From contig CAZXTK010000002.1 of NCBI GenBank assembly GCA_964643665.1, positions 2,000 through 37,754 on the forward strand: 35,755 bases of DNA, given 5' to 3'. The notes under the pieces were generated by a model, which worked only from the letters and a program-made list of their open reading frames with translations, searched no databases and had not been told where the DNA came from. This DNA is from an uncultured Campylobacterales bacterium (GTDB lineage Bacteria; Campylobacterota; Campylobacteria; Campylobacterales; CAZXTK01). The first letter of the stretch is position 1. Every line of letters begins with the position of its first letter. The position numbers were made by a program, and so were the translations under genes. Shown in pieces: positions 17,947 to 28,622 of the stretch.

Positions 17947-19434
17947 TTAGTAAATCTCATCTACTCCTTTTGTGCTAAGAATTTTTGTTTTATACTCTTT
18001 TTTATTATTATCAACAATAACAATGCTCTCCAAGCTAACTCTCTTGTCATCATATTTAAAAATAGGAATAGTCCTCATTTTATGAACATTGGCTTGAAAA
18101 TAAGATGCTTGTTTAATTGGAATTGTGATTTCAACATTTACCTGAGCAGTTTTTCTATTAGCAAAACTAATATGTGCATTAAATGTATTGGTGTTTGCAT
18201 CATAAGTCATTTCATCAATTACTGCCTCGCCCCAAAAGCTCTCAAGCGACATTATCATACCGCCCTTTCTGCCATCGCCTTTTATTAGCTTTGGTTTTGC
18301 ACCTTCTTTTGTGCTTACAAGCAAACCGCCTCTGTCTTTGATCATTGTCATACACATTGCCACTGTGTTTTTTAAATTTGGAAGAACTACCCATTTGTAA
18401 ATTATCCCATCAGTGCTAGATGAATAAGCATATACGCCATCTAAACTAACTGCTACTGATTTTACATATTGTTTATGTCCTAAAAACTCTCTTATGCTTC
18501 TGCCTTTATTTACATCCCACAATCTTAAAGTTTTATCGGCACTTGCAGTTAGCAAATAAGCTCCATCTTTGCTTATTGCAACAGCAAAAACATAACCTTT
18601 ATGCCCTTTGAATGTTCTAATTGCTTTTGCAGTTTTCACGCTCCAAAGCTTTGCTGTTTTATCCGCACTTGCAGTAATTATATATTTTTGGTTATTGCTT
18701 ATTATTGCATCATAAACCCAACCATCATGACCATTAAAAACTCTGACTTTCTTAGGCTGATTGATATTTTTTATACTCCATAAAATTGCCGATGCATCTT
18801 TACTACTAGTTAAAATATATTTACCACCTCTACTAACAAATATACTTAAAATATCTTTCGTATGTGCTTGAAATTCTACAATCAATTTTACTTGTTTAAT
18901 ATCAAATATTTTTATTACTCCGCCTTTGATTGCTACTATTGCATACTCGGCTTTGGGTGTTAAGGCAATAGAGCGTATGGGGCTTGAAATTTGTATAGTT
19001 GTAAATTGTTTTTTATTTTTAATATCCCATACAATAACTTCTCCACTTTGCGTGCCTGAAATAGCATATTGGCTATTGTAGCTTAATGCAAAAGCTGTGA
19101 TATAGTCTTTGTGCCCTCTAAAAACTTTTAGAACTTTACCATTTTTTGCATCTATTAGTTTTAATATTTTATCTTTTTGACTACCTGATGATAAAATATA
19201 TTTGCCATCACTGCTAAGCTTTATGCCTTCCATCCATTCGGCTTTATCTACAAATTCTTCAAGTGGTTTTGCTACCCCTACTGGCTTGGTTCTATCTATT
19301 ATTGCATGGAATTTATCAGTGCTAAGCCCATATAGCCCGCTTCTGTCTGTTCCGTGAGGTTGGTTTACTATCTTAGCACTCACAATAGCCATGCACGCTA
19401 ATATTAATGCTAATATTTTTGTAATTTTATTCAT
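17947..19434 (-). CDS. exported WD40-repeat beta-propeller protein with an uncharacterised C-terminal domain of about 140 aa
   Basis: Seven GH...WD-type blades, e.g. FKGHKGYVFAVAISKDGAYLLTASADKTLRLWDV. I chose the ATG at 19434 (AAGGA SD, MNKITKILALILACMAIVSA signal peptide) over the track start at 19470. Confidence 0.85.
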   Translation of the reverse strand: MNKITKILALILACMAIVSAKIVNQPHGTDRSGLYGLSTDKFHAIIDRTKPVGVAKPLEEFVDKAEWMEGIKLSSDGKYILSSGSQKDKILKLIDAKNGKVLKVFRGHKDYITAFALSYNSQYAISGTQSGEVIVWDIKNKKQFTTIQISSPIRSIALTPKAEYAIVAIKGGVIKIFDIKQVKLIVEFQAHTKDILSIFVSRGGKYILTSSKDASAILWSIKNINQPKKVRVFNGHDGWVYDAIISNNQKYIITASADKTAKLWSVKTAKAIRTFKGHKGYVFAVAISKDGAYLLTASADKTLRLWDVNKGRSIREFLGHKQYVKSVAVSLDGVYAYSSSTDGIIYKWVVLPNLKNTVAMCMTMIKDRGGLLVSTKEGAKPKLIKGDGRKGGMIMSLESFWGEAVIDEMTYDANTNTFNAHISFANRKTAQVNVEITIPIKQASYFQANVHKMRTIPIFKYDDKRVSLESIVIVDNNKKEYKTKILSTKGVDEIY

Positions 19435-19487
19435 TTGTTTTCCTTTTAATGTTTTAATGCTTGGTAACATATTGTATGTAAAAAATA

Positions 19488-20303
19488 CTAAAATTCAAAA
19501 AAGCTACTACCACTACCGCTAAAATAATTATTATCCTTTGCATACTCTAATAATTTAGGGTGCAAAAAAGTTGCGCTTTTGTATAAATCGTTTAGATAAT
19601 TTTTATCATATTTGCAAATCAACTCTTGCGAGCTTAGAGCAAATAACTCCTCTGCTTCATCTTGGCTTATTGGGTTGTAAAATTTCTCTTTGTATGTTTT
19701 ATACACATTTGGGGTTGAGCATTGTATATTTGGTGTTGTTATTTTTATATCTTTTATAAACCAATCAAAACCACTTGGCTCTATAAATTGCTCTATAATC
19801 TCGCCTTTGCCACTTACATTTGCGCTTTTGTAACCATACACAAAAAAAGGCGTATCAAAACCTATTGCCACGCTTATGTTTGCAAGCTCATCTTTGGATA
19901 TGCCCAAATTTAGCACATCATTTAAAAGCATCATAAAATATGCTCCATTAGAGCTACCACCCCCAAGACCGCCAAATTGAGGAATGTTTTTATCCACTAC
20001 TATTTTATACTCATCAAAAAATGCTGTTATGTCATTGTAGTGTTTTTGGTTTTGATAATTTCTTAATATTTCATAAGCTTTATATATACTATTTTGCTCT
20101 AACAAACAATCAAAGTCACCTATTAGCTCAAAGCTATTTGTTTTGTTTTGTTTTTTTACAAAAGATATCCCATCAAACAAATTCTCACAAAGCACAAACC
20201 GAGATGCAATAGTGTGAAGATTGTTGCTAAAACCTGTTATTTTTAAAAATATATTTATTTTGGCAGGTGATTTTATAAAATACACATCATTAAGTATTTG
20301 CAA
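19488..20303 (-). CDS. ispE: 4-diphosphocytidyl-2-C-methyl-D-erythritol kinase
   Basis: SPAKINIFLKITG N-terminus and GHMP kinase motif IPQFGGLGGGSSNGA. TTG start preceded by a GGTGA SD. Confidence 0.88.
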   Translation of the reverse strand: MQILNDVYFIKSPAKINIFLKITGFSNNLHTIASRFVLCENLFDGISFVKKQNKTNSFELIGDFDCLLEQNSIYKAYEILRNYQNQKHYNDITAFFDEYKIVVDKNIPQFGGLGGGSSNGAYFMMLLNDVLNLGISKDELANISVAIGFDTPFFVYGYKSANVSGKGEIIEQFIEPSGFDWFIKDIKITTPNIQCSTPNVYKTYKEKFYNPISQDEAEELFALSSQELICKYDKNYLNDLYKSATFLHPKLLEYAKDNNYFSGSGSSFFEF

Positions 20304-20313
20304 ACTATCACCT

Positions 20314-21162
20314 TTAATAGCTATACTTTATGTTATTTAGCACATAAGATGCTTTATTGTTTTTGATATTTATAATACAAAAAGCCTCATTGTCTTTTAG
20401 ATAATAGCTACCTTCTTGTTGTGTTTTAAACTCTTCTATAAATAGCTTTTTGCCTAATTTTATATTGCTATAATCTGATAGATAAAAATTCTGATCCATA
20501 TCTAGATAATCAAATATATTTAATGATTTTTCATTATCAAAACAAAACTCCCCTTCGCTTAATCTTTCAAGATAGCTAAGAGTCCCGCAGGCATTTAAGC
20601 TTGATAATAAAATTTGAGCAATATTTCTAATGTAACTACCCTCACTCACACTTATTTCAAAATTAATATAAGGATGGTTGTAACTTATTAGTTTAGCATC
20701 ATACACAACGGAGGTTATGCTTTTTAAAACGACTTCTTTATTATCTCTTGCTAGTTCATATGCTTTTTTGCCATTTATTTTTTTTGCGCTATATTTGCTT
20801 GGGGTATATTTTAGCTCTCCAATTAGATTTTTAATCTCTTTAATGATTAAATTTTTGTCTAATTGCTTATGCTCTTTTATGGATAAGATATTTTCTATAT
20901 CCAAACTATCGCTAGTTGCACCAAGCCAAATAACACCCCTATATACTTTTGGTGTTTTTTTAAGGTGCAAAAAAAGCTTTGTAAATTGCCCGCTAGCGCA
21001 TATAAGTGTGCCACAAGCAAAATAATCTAATATGCCTGAAAACCCCACTTTGGTAAATGAGTATTTTTTTTTGATTGTTTGCAAGTATTTATTGGAGCTT
21101 ACAAACATTGGCTTTTTGATAACAAATATAGAATTTGGATTTTTGCTTTTGCTCTTTGTCAT
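20314..21162 (-). CDS. truB: tRNA pseudouridine(55) synthase TruB
   Basis: VIKKP..SSN, KVGFSGILDYFACGTL (GTLDP-type catalytic Asp block), KYSAKKINGKKAYELAR, GSYIRNIA. Confidence 0.85.
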   Translation of the reverse strand: MTKSKSKNPNSIFVIKKPMFVSSNKYLQTIKKKYSFTKVGFSGILDYFACGTLICASGQFTKLFLHLKKTPKVYRGVIWLGATSDSLDIENILSIKEHKQLDKNLIIKEIKNLIGELKYTPSKYSAKKINGKKAYELARDNKEVVLKSITSVVYDAKLISYNHPYINFEISVSEGSYIRNIAQILLSSLNACGTLSYLERLSEGEFCFDNEKSLNIFDYLDMDQNFYLSDYSNIKLGKKLFIEEFKTQQEGSYYLKDNEAFCIINIKNNKASYVLNNIKYSY

Positions 21163-21251
21163 ATTTTATTATACCTTATAAACACTCCATAATTTGTGCT
21201 TAGTATATATTTAGCTATAATACGCGCTTAATCAAATAATTAAGGTGAAAA

Positions 21252-21665
21252 ATGCAAACAACATTATCAATAATCAAACCAGATGCAGTCAAAAAAAATA
21301 TAATCGGAAAAATATTTTCTAGATTTGAAGATGCTTCTTTAGAGCTTTTGGCTTTTAGAAAAATACAATTAACAAAAGAACAAGCGCAAAACTTTTATAT
21401 AGAACACAAAGAGCGACCATTTTATAATGATTTAGTTGAGTTTATGACATCAGGACCTGTTGTAGTAACAGTTTTAAAAGGCGAAGATGCTATTGCAAAA
21501 AACAGAGAGCTGATGGGAGATACAAACCCACAAGATGCAAAAGCTGGAACAATTAGAGCTGACTTTGCGACAAACATAGATGCAAATGCGGTTCACGGGA
21601 GTGATAGTGCCAAGAGTGCAAAAAGAGAGATTGAGTTTTTCTTTAAAGATGATAATTTAGTTTAG
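21252..21665 (+). CDS. ndk: nucleoside-diphosphate kinase
   Basis: [43 protein letters not shown] and NAVHGSDS (active-site His). Confidence 0.96.
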   Translation: MQTTLSIIKPDAVKKNIIGKIFSRFEDASLELLAFRKIQLTKEQAQNFYIEHKERPFYNDLVEFMTSGPVVVTVLKGEDAIAKNRELMGDTNPQDAKAGTIRADFATNIDANAVHGSDSAKSAKREIEFFFKDDNLV

Positions 21666-21715
21666 AGTTAGTGCTTGAACATACAATATAAATAATTTAT
21701 TGCAAATATTGTTAA

Positions 21716-22066
21716 ATGGAAGTCTTATTTAAAAAAATAACTGCTCAAAAATCAAATTTTAATTTGAAAATTGATGAGTTGTGCATTCAAGGTTGTTTTT
21801 ATAGGCAAAGAGATTTAGTAATTATAAATGCAACCATAAATGGCAAAACGCCAAATAATTGCTTTCGTTGCAATGAAGAGTTTGAGCAAAATATTGATGC
21901 AAATATAGAGCTTAAAATTTGTCAAAATGAATATAGAACAAACAAAGATGATGAATTATTAGATATAATAGAGATATTTAATGATAAAATACATTTTGAA
22001 GAAATTTTTACAAGTGAGATAAATTCTATTAAAAGTGGATATTATGCTTGTAATAAATGTCAATAA
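21716..22066 (+). CDS. yceD: DUF177 (YceD-like) protein upstream of rpmF
   Basis: 116 aa, CFRCNEEF and terminal CNKC cysteine pairs, acidic middle, conserved position immediately upstream of rpmF-plsX. Confidence 0.7.
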   Translation: MEVLFKKITAQKSNFNLKIDELCIQGCFYRQRDLVIINATINGKTPNNCFRCNEEFEQNIDANIELKICQNEYRTNKDDELLDIIEIFNDKIHFEEIFTSEINSIKSGYYACNKCQ

Positions 22067-22104
22067 TGTTATACTACGAAAATAAATTAAAAAAAGGATA
22101 ATAA

Positions 22105-22257
22105 ATGGCTGTACCAAAGCGACGAGTGAGCAGAACTCAGGTTTTAAAAAGAAGAACTCACTACAAAATTACATTAAAAAAACCTATAAAAGACAAAGAT
22201 GGCACATACAAAATGCCTCATTTTATGAATCCTACTACCAAAGAGTATAAAAACTAA
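22105..22257 (+). CDS. rpmF: 50S ribosomal protein L32
   Basis: Not in the ORF track (50 aa). My translation is [57 protein letters not shown] 8 nt upstream. The TAA stop overlaps the plsX ATG (TAATG). Confidence 0.9.
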   Translation: MAVPKRRVSRTQVLKRRTHYKITLKKPIKDKDGTYKMPHFMNPTTKEYKN

Positions 22258-23246
22258 TGTTAAAAATCGCTATTGATGCTATGGGTGGCGATTTTGGAAT
22301 TAGCGTTGTTGTAGATGGCGTTAATCAAGCACTCAAAGCAAAAAAAGACTTTCATGCTTATTTGATTGGTGATGAAGATGAAATAAATAATCATTTAGAT
22401 CAAAAATACAAAAATAGGGTTAGCATTATTGATTGCAAAAAAGTTTTTCCTATGGAAGGTCAAGCAACAAATGCTCTAAAAGACAAAGAAACAACCATAT
22501 ACAAAACAATAGAATTATTAAGAAATAGTGAGTGTGATGTGGCTGTTAGTGCAGGACATAGTGGTGCTACTATGAGTTTGGCAACACTTAGAATTGGGCG
22601 AATAAAAGGCATATCAAGACCAGCACTTGCTGCTATTGTTCCTACTGTAAATGCTACAAGTTTGGTTTTAGATGTTGGGGCAAACACAGAATGTGATGAG
22701 AATAATTTATTTGAATTTGCAGTTTTAGGAAATATTTATTCTAAACCAATACTTGATATAAAAAAATCTGTAGTTGCATTGATTAGTAATGGTGAAGAAG
22801 ATACAAAAGGTAGCGAGATGACTAAAAAAGCATTTGAGCTGTGTAAAAATATAGATAGCTTCAAAGGTAATATTGAAGGTTGCGGGGTTTTTAATAGCGA
22901 TGTTAATGTTGTAGTTACTGATGGTTTTGTTGGGAATGTTTTTTTAAAAACAAGCGAAGGTGTAGCTGATGCTATTAGAACACTTATTAAAATAAGTACC
23001 AAAAAATACATTTTCTCTATTTTGGGTGCTTTACTTATGATACCAGTATTTAAAAAACTAAAAAGCAAATTAGATTATAGTGAATATGGTGGTGGATTTT
23101 TGCTTGGGCTTAAAAAACCAGTAATTATAGGCCATGGAAAAAGCAATGCAACTGCTATAAAAAATTGTATTTTTCAAGCAATTCGTGCTTCTTCTATTGA
23201 TGCTGAACAAAGCGTAATAGACGAACTTAAAAGATGCAAACCATAA
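22257..23246 (+). CDS. plsX: phosphate acyltransferase PlsX
   Basis: IAIDAMGGDFG, VSAGHSGA, LDVGAN, VVTDGFVGNV.LKT and IIGHGKSN motifs. Confidence 0.95.
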   Translation: MLKIAIDAMGGDFGISVVVDGVNQALKAKKDFHAYLIGDEDEINNHLDQKYKNRVSIIDCKKVFPMEGQATNALKDKETTIYKTIELLRNSECDVAVSAGHSGATMSLATLRIGRIKGISRPALAAIVPTVNATSLVLDVGANTECDENNLFEFAVLGNIYSKPILDIKKSVVALISNGEEDTKGSEMTKKAFELCKNIDSFKGNIEGCGVFNSDVNVVVTDGFVGNVFLKTSEGVADAIRTLIKISTKKYIFSILGALLMIPVFKKLKSKLDYSEYGGGFLLGLKKPVIIGHGKSNATAIKNCIFQAIRASSIDAEQSVIDELKRCKP

Positions 23247-23264
23247 ATAATACATACTCAATAT

Positions 23265-24251
23265 ATGAATACAGATAATCAAAAAACTTACGCTTGTTTA
23301 AAATCTATTGCTTCTTATGTTCCAGATACAAAAATAGACAATAATTATTTTGTAGATGAATTAGGGTTAGACACAAGCGATGAATGGATTACAAAAAGAA
23401 CAGGAATACAAACAAGACATAAAGCAAGTGATAATGAGAACACTAGCGATTTAGGTTTTAAGGCTGCACAAATAGCAATCAAACGAGCTGGTATAAAAAC
23501 AGAAGATGTGGATTTGATAATTTGTGCAACTCTTAGCCCTGATTATCTTGCAATGCCTTCTACTGCTTGTATTATAGCCGATAAATTGGGGCTAAATGAT
23601 GTTATGGCTTTTGATGTATCTGCTGCTTGTTCTGGCTTTATTTATATGCTCAACATTGCAAAAAGCTTTATACTCTCAAATGACAAAAAAAACATACTAA
23701 TAATAGGTAGCGAAAAAATAAGCAAAGTAACAGACTATACCGATAGAGGCACTTGTATGCTTTTTGGTGATGGTGCGGGAGCTAGCATTATTAGCAAAAC
23801 AACAAACAAAGATGAAGCAATAATAGATGTATCTTGTAGCGCTGATGGCTCGTTGGGCGATTTATTATACACACCAATTGATGATAAAAATGATCAATTT
23901 TTGAAAATGAAAGGCAATGAGATTTTTAAATTAGCAGTAAGAAGACTCTCAAGCGATGTTGTAAAAATACTAAAAAACAACAATATTTCAAAAAATGATA
24001 TTGATTTATTTATACCTCATCAAGCAAACAAAAGAATACTCTCAGCCGTTGCAAAAGAGTTAGGCCTTAGCGATGATAGATGTATAACCACAGTAGATAG
24101 ATATGGTAACACTTCTGCTGCTTCTATACCTATGGCTATTGATTATGCATACAACAACAAGCAATTAAAAAAAGGTGATCTGATAGTTTTAAATGCCTTT
24201 GGTGGTGGTCTAACTTGGGGCAGTGCTATTATTAAATTTGGCGGAGAATAA
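23265..24251 (+). CDS. fabH: beta-ketoacyl-ACP synthase III
   Basis: ITKRTGI..RH, active-site AACSGF, FGDGAGA, IPHQAN.RI and GNTSAASIP with terminal GGGLTWG. Confidence 0.95.
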   Translation: MNTDNQKTYACLKSIASYVPDTKIDNNYFVDELGLDTSDEWITKRTGIQTRHKASDNENTSDLGFKAAQIAIKRAGIKTEDVDLIICATLSPDYLAMPSTACIIADKLGLNDVMAFDVSAACSGFIYMLNIAKSFILSNDKKNILIIGSEKISKVTDYTDRGTCMLFGDGAGASIISKTTNKDEAIIDVSCSADGSLGDLLYTPIDDKNDQFLKMKGNEIFKLAVRRLSSDVVKILKNNNISKNDIDLFIPHQANKRILSAVAKELGLSDDRCITTVDRYGNTSAASIPMAIDYAYNNKQLKKGDLIVLNAFGGGLTWGSAIIKFGGE

Positions 24252-24289
24252 AGGCAAACAAACCTTTTGATAATCCAATATAATCTTTT

Positions 24290-24769
24290 ATGAACTTAAG
24301 CAAAACACAAAAAACACTTATATTTCTATCTATTTTTACATTTTGTTTTGGGCTTGATCAGTGGGTTAAGTCTTTGTTTGTAAATGGGCTATCATTTAGA
24401 AGTGATTATGTAGATTTTATTTTAATCTACAATCACGGTGTGGCTTTTTCTATGTTTTCTTTTGTGGGCGAGTATCTAAAATACATTCAGCTTTGCTTAC
24501 TAATAGCTGGTGGCGTGTATTTGTATCTTAACAAAGAGATTTTAGATGAATATTTTGTAGCTATCGCCCTACTTTTTAGTGGCGGTATGAGCAATATCTA
24601 TGACAGATTTACAAGCATAAACGGTGGTGTTGTTGATTATATTTTTTATCATTGGGGTTTTGATTTTGCTGTTTTTAATTTAGCAGATGTATTTATAGAT
24701 TTAGCCATTGTTATAATATTGTTTTTGCAATACAAAGACTACAAAAACAAATCTTCATCAAATAGCTAA
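24290..24769 (+). CDS. lspA: lipoprotein signal peptidase (signal peptidase II)
   Basis: DQWVK, YNHGVAFSMF, GGMSNIYDR, VVDYI and FNLADVFI motifs; four TM helices. Confidence 0.9.
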   Translation: MNLSKTQKTLIFLSIFTFCFGLDQWVKSLFVNGLSFRSDYVDFILIYNHGVAFSMFSFVGEYLKYIQLCLLIAGGVYLYLNKEILDEYFVAIALLFSGGMSNIYDRFTSINGGVVDYIFYHWGFDFAVFNLADVFIDLAIVIILFLQYKDYKNKSSSNS

Positions 24770-24799
24770 CAGCTAACACCACTTCACAGCATCTCATAT

Positions 24800-27373
24800 T
24801 TAAGATATATCTACAACAACCTCATCGTTTTTTATATCAAATTTAGCATTTTGCCCATCTTTTAGTTTATCTTCTAATATAAGCTCTGCTAATCTATCTT
24901 CTACCACATCATACAGAGCTCTTTTTAGCACTCTTGCACCATAAACACTATCATACCCAACATCTGCAATATAATCTTTCACCTTATCACTCAAACTTAC
25001 ATTTATATCTCTTTGTGTTAGCTTATTTTGTATCTCTTTAAACATAATATCCACAATAGATCTTATTGAGTTTTTATCCAATGGGTTAAATATAACAAGC
25101 TCGTTTAATCTGTTTATAAATTCTGGTTTAAAATAATTTTTAAGCTCATCATTCACAGCCGCGGCTCGTTTTTGTTTATCTTCAATATCCATAATCTTAT
25201 CAGATGCTATATTACTTGTCATAATTATAATTGTGTTTTTAAAATCCACAGTAACGCCTTTACTATCTGTCAATCGCCCATCATCTAACACTTGAAGTAA
25301 TGTATTAAAAACATCTGGATGTGCTTTTTCTATCTCATCAAACAATATTACACTATAAGGCTTTCTTCTTACTGCTTCGGTTAATTGTCCGCCCTCATCA
25401 TATCCAACATATCCAGGAGGTGCACCCACAAGCCTACTTGCTGCGTGTTTTTCCATATACTCACTCATATCTATACGAATAAGCGCCTTCTCGCTATCAA
25501 AAAGAAACTTAGCCAACATTTTAGCAATTTGCGTTTTGCCCACCCCTGTTGGTCCAAGAAACATAAAACTACCAATAGGTTTATTGCTGTCACTAAGCCC
25601 CGCTTTATTTCTTTTGATTGCTCTTGCTATCGCTTTTATTGCATCATCTTGGTTTACAACTTCTTCTTTTAGTATGTTTTCAATATTTAATATCTTATCT
25701 TTATCGCTTTGTAGCATTTTGTTTACAGGAATAGATGTCCATCTGCTAACAATAGTTGCTATCATCTCATCATCAACTGCATTTTTAAGCAATACCCCTT
25801 GCTTTGTCATATTGTCCCATTTTGCTTCAATTGATTTTAGCTCATCTAATAAATTTGGAATCTCCCCATGCTCAATAGATGCTGCCTTTTCATAATCGCC
25901 CTCACTAAGCGCTCGTTTTGCTTTGCTCTTTGCACTCTCAATAGAGCTTTTAAGCTCAGATATTTTCTCAAATACATTTTTCTCTTGCATAAACTTACTC
26001 TCTAATAAGTTTTTACTCTCTTGCAAATTGGCAAGTTCTTTTTCAATCTCTTCTAATCTTTTTGTATTCTTTTCGCTCTTCTCCATTTTAAGCGCTTGTT
26101 TTTCTACTTGTAATCTAGATATCTCTCTTTTGCTTTTGCTAAGCTCGCTAGGCTCACTCTCAATTTGCATTTTTAGCTCTGCTGCTGCCTCATCTATCAA
26201 ATCTATTGCTTTATCTGGCAAATATCTATCTGTAATATATCTATCTGACAATTTAGCAGACGCCACAAGTGCGCTTTGTGTTATTGTTACATTATGATGT
26301 GCTTCAAGTCTGTCTTTTATGCCTCTTAATATCTGCAATGCTTGGTTGATATCTGGTTCTTCTACTTTTATAGGCTGAAACCTTCTTTGCAGAGCTTGAT
26401 CTTTTTCAAAGTATTTTCTATATTCTTTTAGAGTTGTAGCACCAATGGTGTGTAGCTCTCCTCTTGCTAAGGCTGGTTTTAATATATTAGCAGCATCCAT
26501 ACTACCCTCACTAGCCCCTGCACCTACTATTGTGTGAATCTCATCTATAAACAAAATCACATTTCCTGCTTTTTTAACCTCATCTACAACAGCTTTTAGT
26601 CTATCTTCAAACTCGCCTCTATATTTAGCACCTGCTATTAGCCTACTCATATCAAGAGATATTACTTTCATATTTTGCAAGCTTGTTGGCACTTGTTTAT
26701 CTACTATTTTTTGCGCCAAGCCTTCTACTATAGCAGTCTTTCCCGTTCCGGGCTCACCTATTAAAATAGGATTGTTTTTTGTTTTTCTAATAAGTATCTG
26801 CATTGCTCTTTGTATTTCTTCATCACGCCCAATTACAGGGTCTAGCTCTCCATCTAATGCTTTTTGGTTAAGATCAACTCCATATTTACTTAGAGCTTGC
26901 GCTACATCATCTGCACTTTGCGTGTCAATACTCTTGCCACCCCTTATTGATTCAAGAGATTTTTTAAACTCCATTTTATCCACATATTTACAAATAATCT
27001 CACTAATATATGGCTCGTTTATGTTTGCAATAAGCCAAGTATCTACGGCTAAATATTTATCTCCACCACTAACCATAGCTCCTTGTGCATTTTGCAAAGA
27101 ATCAGACAGCGCTTTTGATACCTTAATGCTCTCTTTAGTTATGTTAGATGCTTTTGGTAATCTCTCAGCGTAACTTTTTGCTTCAAGCTCTATTGCCATT
27201 TTGTCTATATTTAATTTATTTAGAGTTTGGTTTAAGAGCGATTCGTGATTGCTAAGTAGTCCCCATATCATATGAATAGGCTCAACCTCTGGGTTTTTGT
27301 TGTGTAATGCTAGAGATAGGGCTGACTCTATACTCTCTTGCATATTGTTTGTTAGTTTTTCAAATATACTCAT
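24800..27373 (-). CDS. clpB: ATP-dependent chaperone ClpB
   Basis: Two AAA+ modules ([24 protein letters not shown]; [25 protein letters not shown]) separated by a long coiled-coil M-domain. I chose the ATG at 27373 ([16 protein letters not shown]) over the 24-aa upstream extension. Confidence 0.95.
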   Translation of the reverse strand: MSIFEKLTNNMQESIESALSLALHNKNPEVEPIHMIWGLLSNHESLLNQTLNKLNIDKMAIELEAKSYAERLPKASNITKESIKVSKALSDSLQNAQGAMVSGGDKYLAVDTWLIANINEPYISEIICKYVDKMEFKKSLESIRGGKSIDTQSADDVAQALSKYGVDLNQKALDGELDPVIGRDEEIQRAMQILIRKTKNNPILIGEPGTGKTAIVEGLAQKIVDKQVPTSLQNMKVISLDMSRLIAGAKYRGEFEDRLKAVVDEVKKAGNVILFIDEIHTIVGAGASEGSMDAANILKPALARGELHTIGATTLKEYRKYFEKDQALQRRFQPIKVEEPDINQALQILRGIKDRLEAHHNVTITQSALVASAKLSDRYITDRYLPDKAIDLIDEAAAELKMQIESEPSELSKSKREISRLQVEKQALKMEKSEKNTKRLEEIEKELANLQESKNLLESKFMQEKNVFEKISELKSSIESAKSKAKRALSEGDYEKAASIEHGEIPNLLDELKSIEAKWDNMTKQGVLLKNAVDDEMIATIVSRWTSIPVNKMLQSDKDKILNIENILKEEVVNQDDAIKAIARAIKRNKAGLSDSNKPIGSFMFLGPTGVGKTQIAKMLAKFLFDSEKALIRIDMSEYMEKHAASRLVGAPPGYVGYDEGGQLTEAVRRKPYSVILFDEIEKAHPDVFNTLLQVLDDGRLTDSKGVTVDFKNTIIIMTSNIASDKIMDIEDKQKRAAAVNDELKNYFKPEFINRLNELVIFNPLDKNSIRSIVDIMFKEIQNKLTQRDINVSLSDKVKDYIADVGYDSVYGARVLKRALYDVVEDRLAELILEDKLKDGQNAKFDIKNDEVVVDIS

Positions 27374-27481
27374 TGCTAACTCCTTTTGCTTGTTTGATGC
27401 GATTGTATCATAAGCACAAAAATTAAAATGCACCTTTAGTAGCATTATTCAAAACTAATCACCCACCAAAATCAACCATAA

Positions 27482-28615
27482 GTGGCTACAAAGCTTATTT
27501 TTAATAAAATCTACCAACAAAAGCAAAAAGGATATATCATAAAACCAATACTAAAAACCACCGTAATATTAGGCTTATTAGCGTCTTTGCTAACACCTTC
27601 ATTTGCATCAAAAAAAGTAAAATGGAAATTAGCTCAAACTTGGCCAAGCACCCTAACCCCACTTGCATCACCTGCAAAAAAAGTAGCAAAAATGGTAAAA
27701 GAGATGAGTGGTGGTAAATTTATCATAAAAGTTGAAGGCAAAGAAAAGCACAAGGCTCCGCTTGGTATTTTGGATATGGTAAAAGGTGGTCAATACCAAA
27801 TGGGGCATTCTAGCTCGTATTATTGGAAAGGTAAGGATATAAACACTATATGGTTTACAACAATGCCTTTTGGTATGACCACAAAAGAGCAATATGCGTG
27901 GTTTTATTATGGCGATGGTATGAAGTATATGAATAAAGTATATGACAAATTTAGAGTGCTTAGCTTCCCTGGTGGTAACACAGGCGTGCAAATGGGTGGC
28001 TGGTTTAAAAAACAAATCAAAAGCGTAGATGATTTGAAGGGTCTTAAAATGCGGATCCCTGGACTTGCTGGTGAAGTTATGGCAAAGCTTGGTGTGGTGG
28101 TTACAAATATACCAGCTGGTGAGCTTTATACTTCATTAGATAGAGGTGTTATTGATGCGCTTGAATGGGTTGGGCCTGGTATGGATATAAAAATGGGCTT
28201 TTACAAAATAGCACCATATTACTACACAGGATGGCATGAACCTGCAAGTGAGATGCAATTTTTAGTAAATAAGCGAGCGTTTAAAAAGCTACCTAATGAA
28301 TACAAAGCAATGCTTATTACTGCTATGAAAGCAGCAACTGCTGATATGTATATGCAAAACTTTGCCGATAGTGCAAATGCGTGGGCAAAAATGAAAAACG
28401 ACTATCCAAATATAAAAGTAAAATCATTCCCACCAAAAGTGCTAAAAGCTATGCATAAAGCAACAAATGAAGTTATGAATGAATATAGTGCGAAAAATAA
28501 ATTGTTTAAAGAGATATACCAAAACCAAAAACAATGGATAAAAAAAGCAAGAGCATGGTCAAAAATGGGCGAGTATAGCTATCTAAAAACGCTTGAGGAA
28601 GCTGATAGCAAATAA
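27482..28615 (+). CDS. TRAP transporter substrate-binding protein (DctP superfamily, COG4663-like); start codon uncertain
   Basis: Signal peptide ...TTVILGLLASLLTPSFA then KWKLAQTWP, YYWKGKD, GGNTGVQMGGWF and LEWVGP blocks. The only canonical in-frame start is GTG 27482, directly after a stop and without an SD. Confidence 0.8.
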   Translation: MATKLIFNKIYQQKQKGYIIKPILKTTVILGLLASLLTPSFASKKVKWKLAQTWPSTLTPLASPAKKVAKMVKEMSGGKFIIKVEGKEKHKAPLGILDMVKGGQYQMGHSSSYYWKGKDINTIWFTTMPFGMTTKEQYAWFYYGDGMKYMNKVYDKFRVLSFPGGNTGVQMGGWFKKQIKSVDDLKGLKMRIPGLAGEVMAKLGVVVTNIPAGELYTSLDRGVIDALEWVGPGMDIKMGFYKIAPYYYTGWHEPASEMQFLVNKRAFKKLPNEYKAMLITAMKAATADMYMQNFADSANAWAKMKNDYPNIKVKSFPPKVLKAMHKATNEVMNEYSAKNKLFKEIYQNQKQWIKKARAWSKMGEYSYLKTLEEADSK

Positions 28616-28622
28616 ATTTATA

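Noticed and set aside
27374-27445. N-terminal extensions proposed by the ORF track for clpB (24 aa) and, similarly, for the WD40 protein (19435-19470), the GFA protein (34136-34174) and the TRAP small permease (28593-28622).
   Set aside because: For clpB, the WD40 protein and the GFA protein, internal ATGs have well-spaced SD sequences and give the expected N-termini (MSIFEKLT for ClpB, a clean signal peptide for the WD40 protein, MYKGSCLCG for GFA). For the TRAP small permease neither start has an SD; ATG 28623 is preferred only because it is an ATG and does not overlap the upstream gene. The extensions add non-conserved-looking residues.
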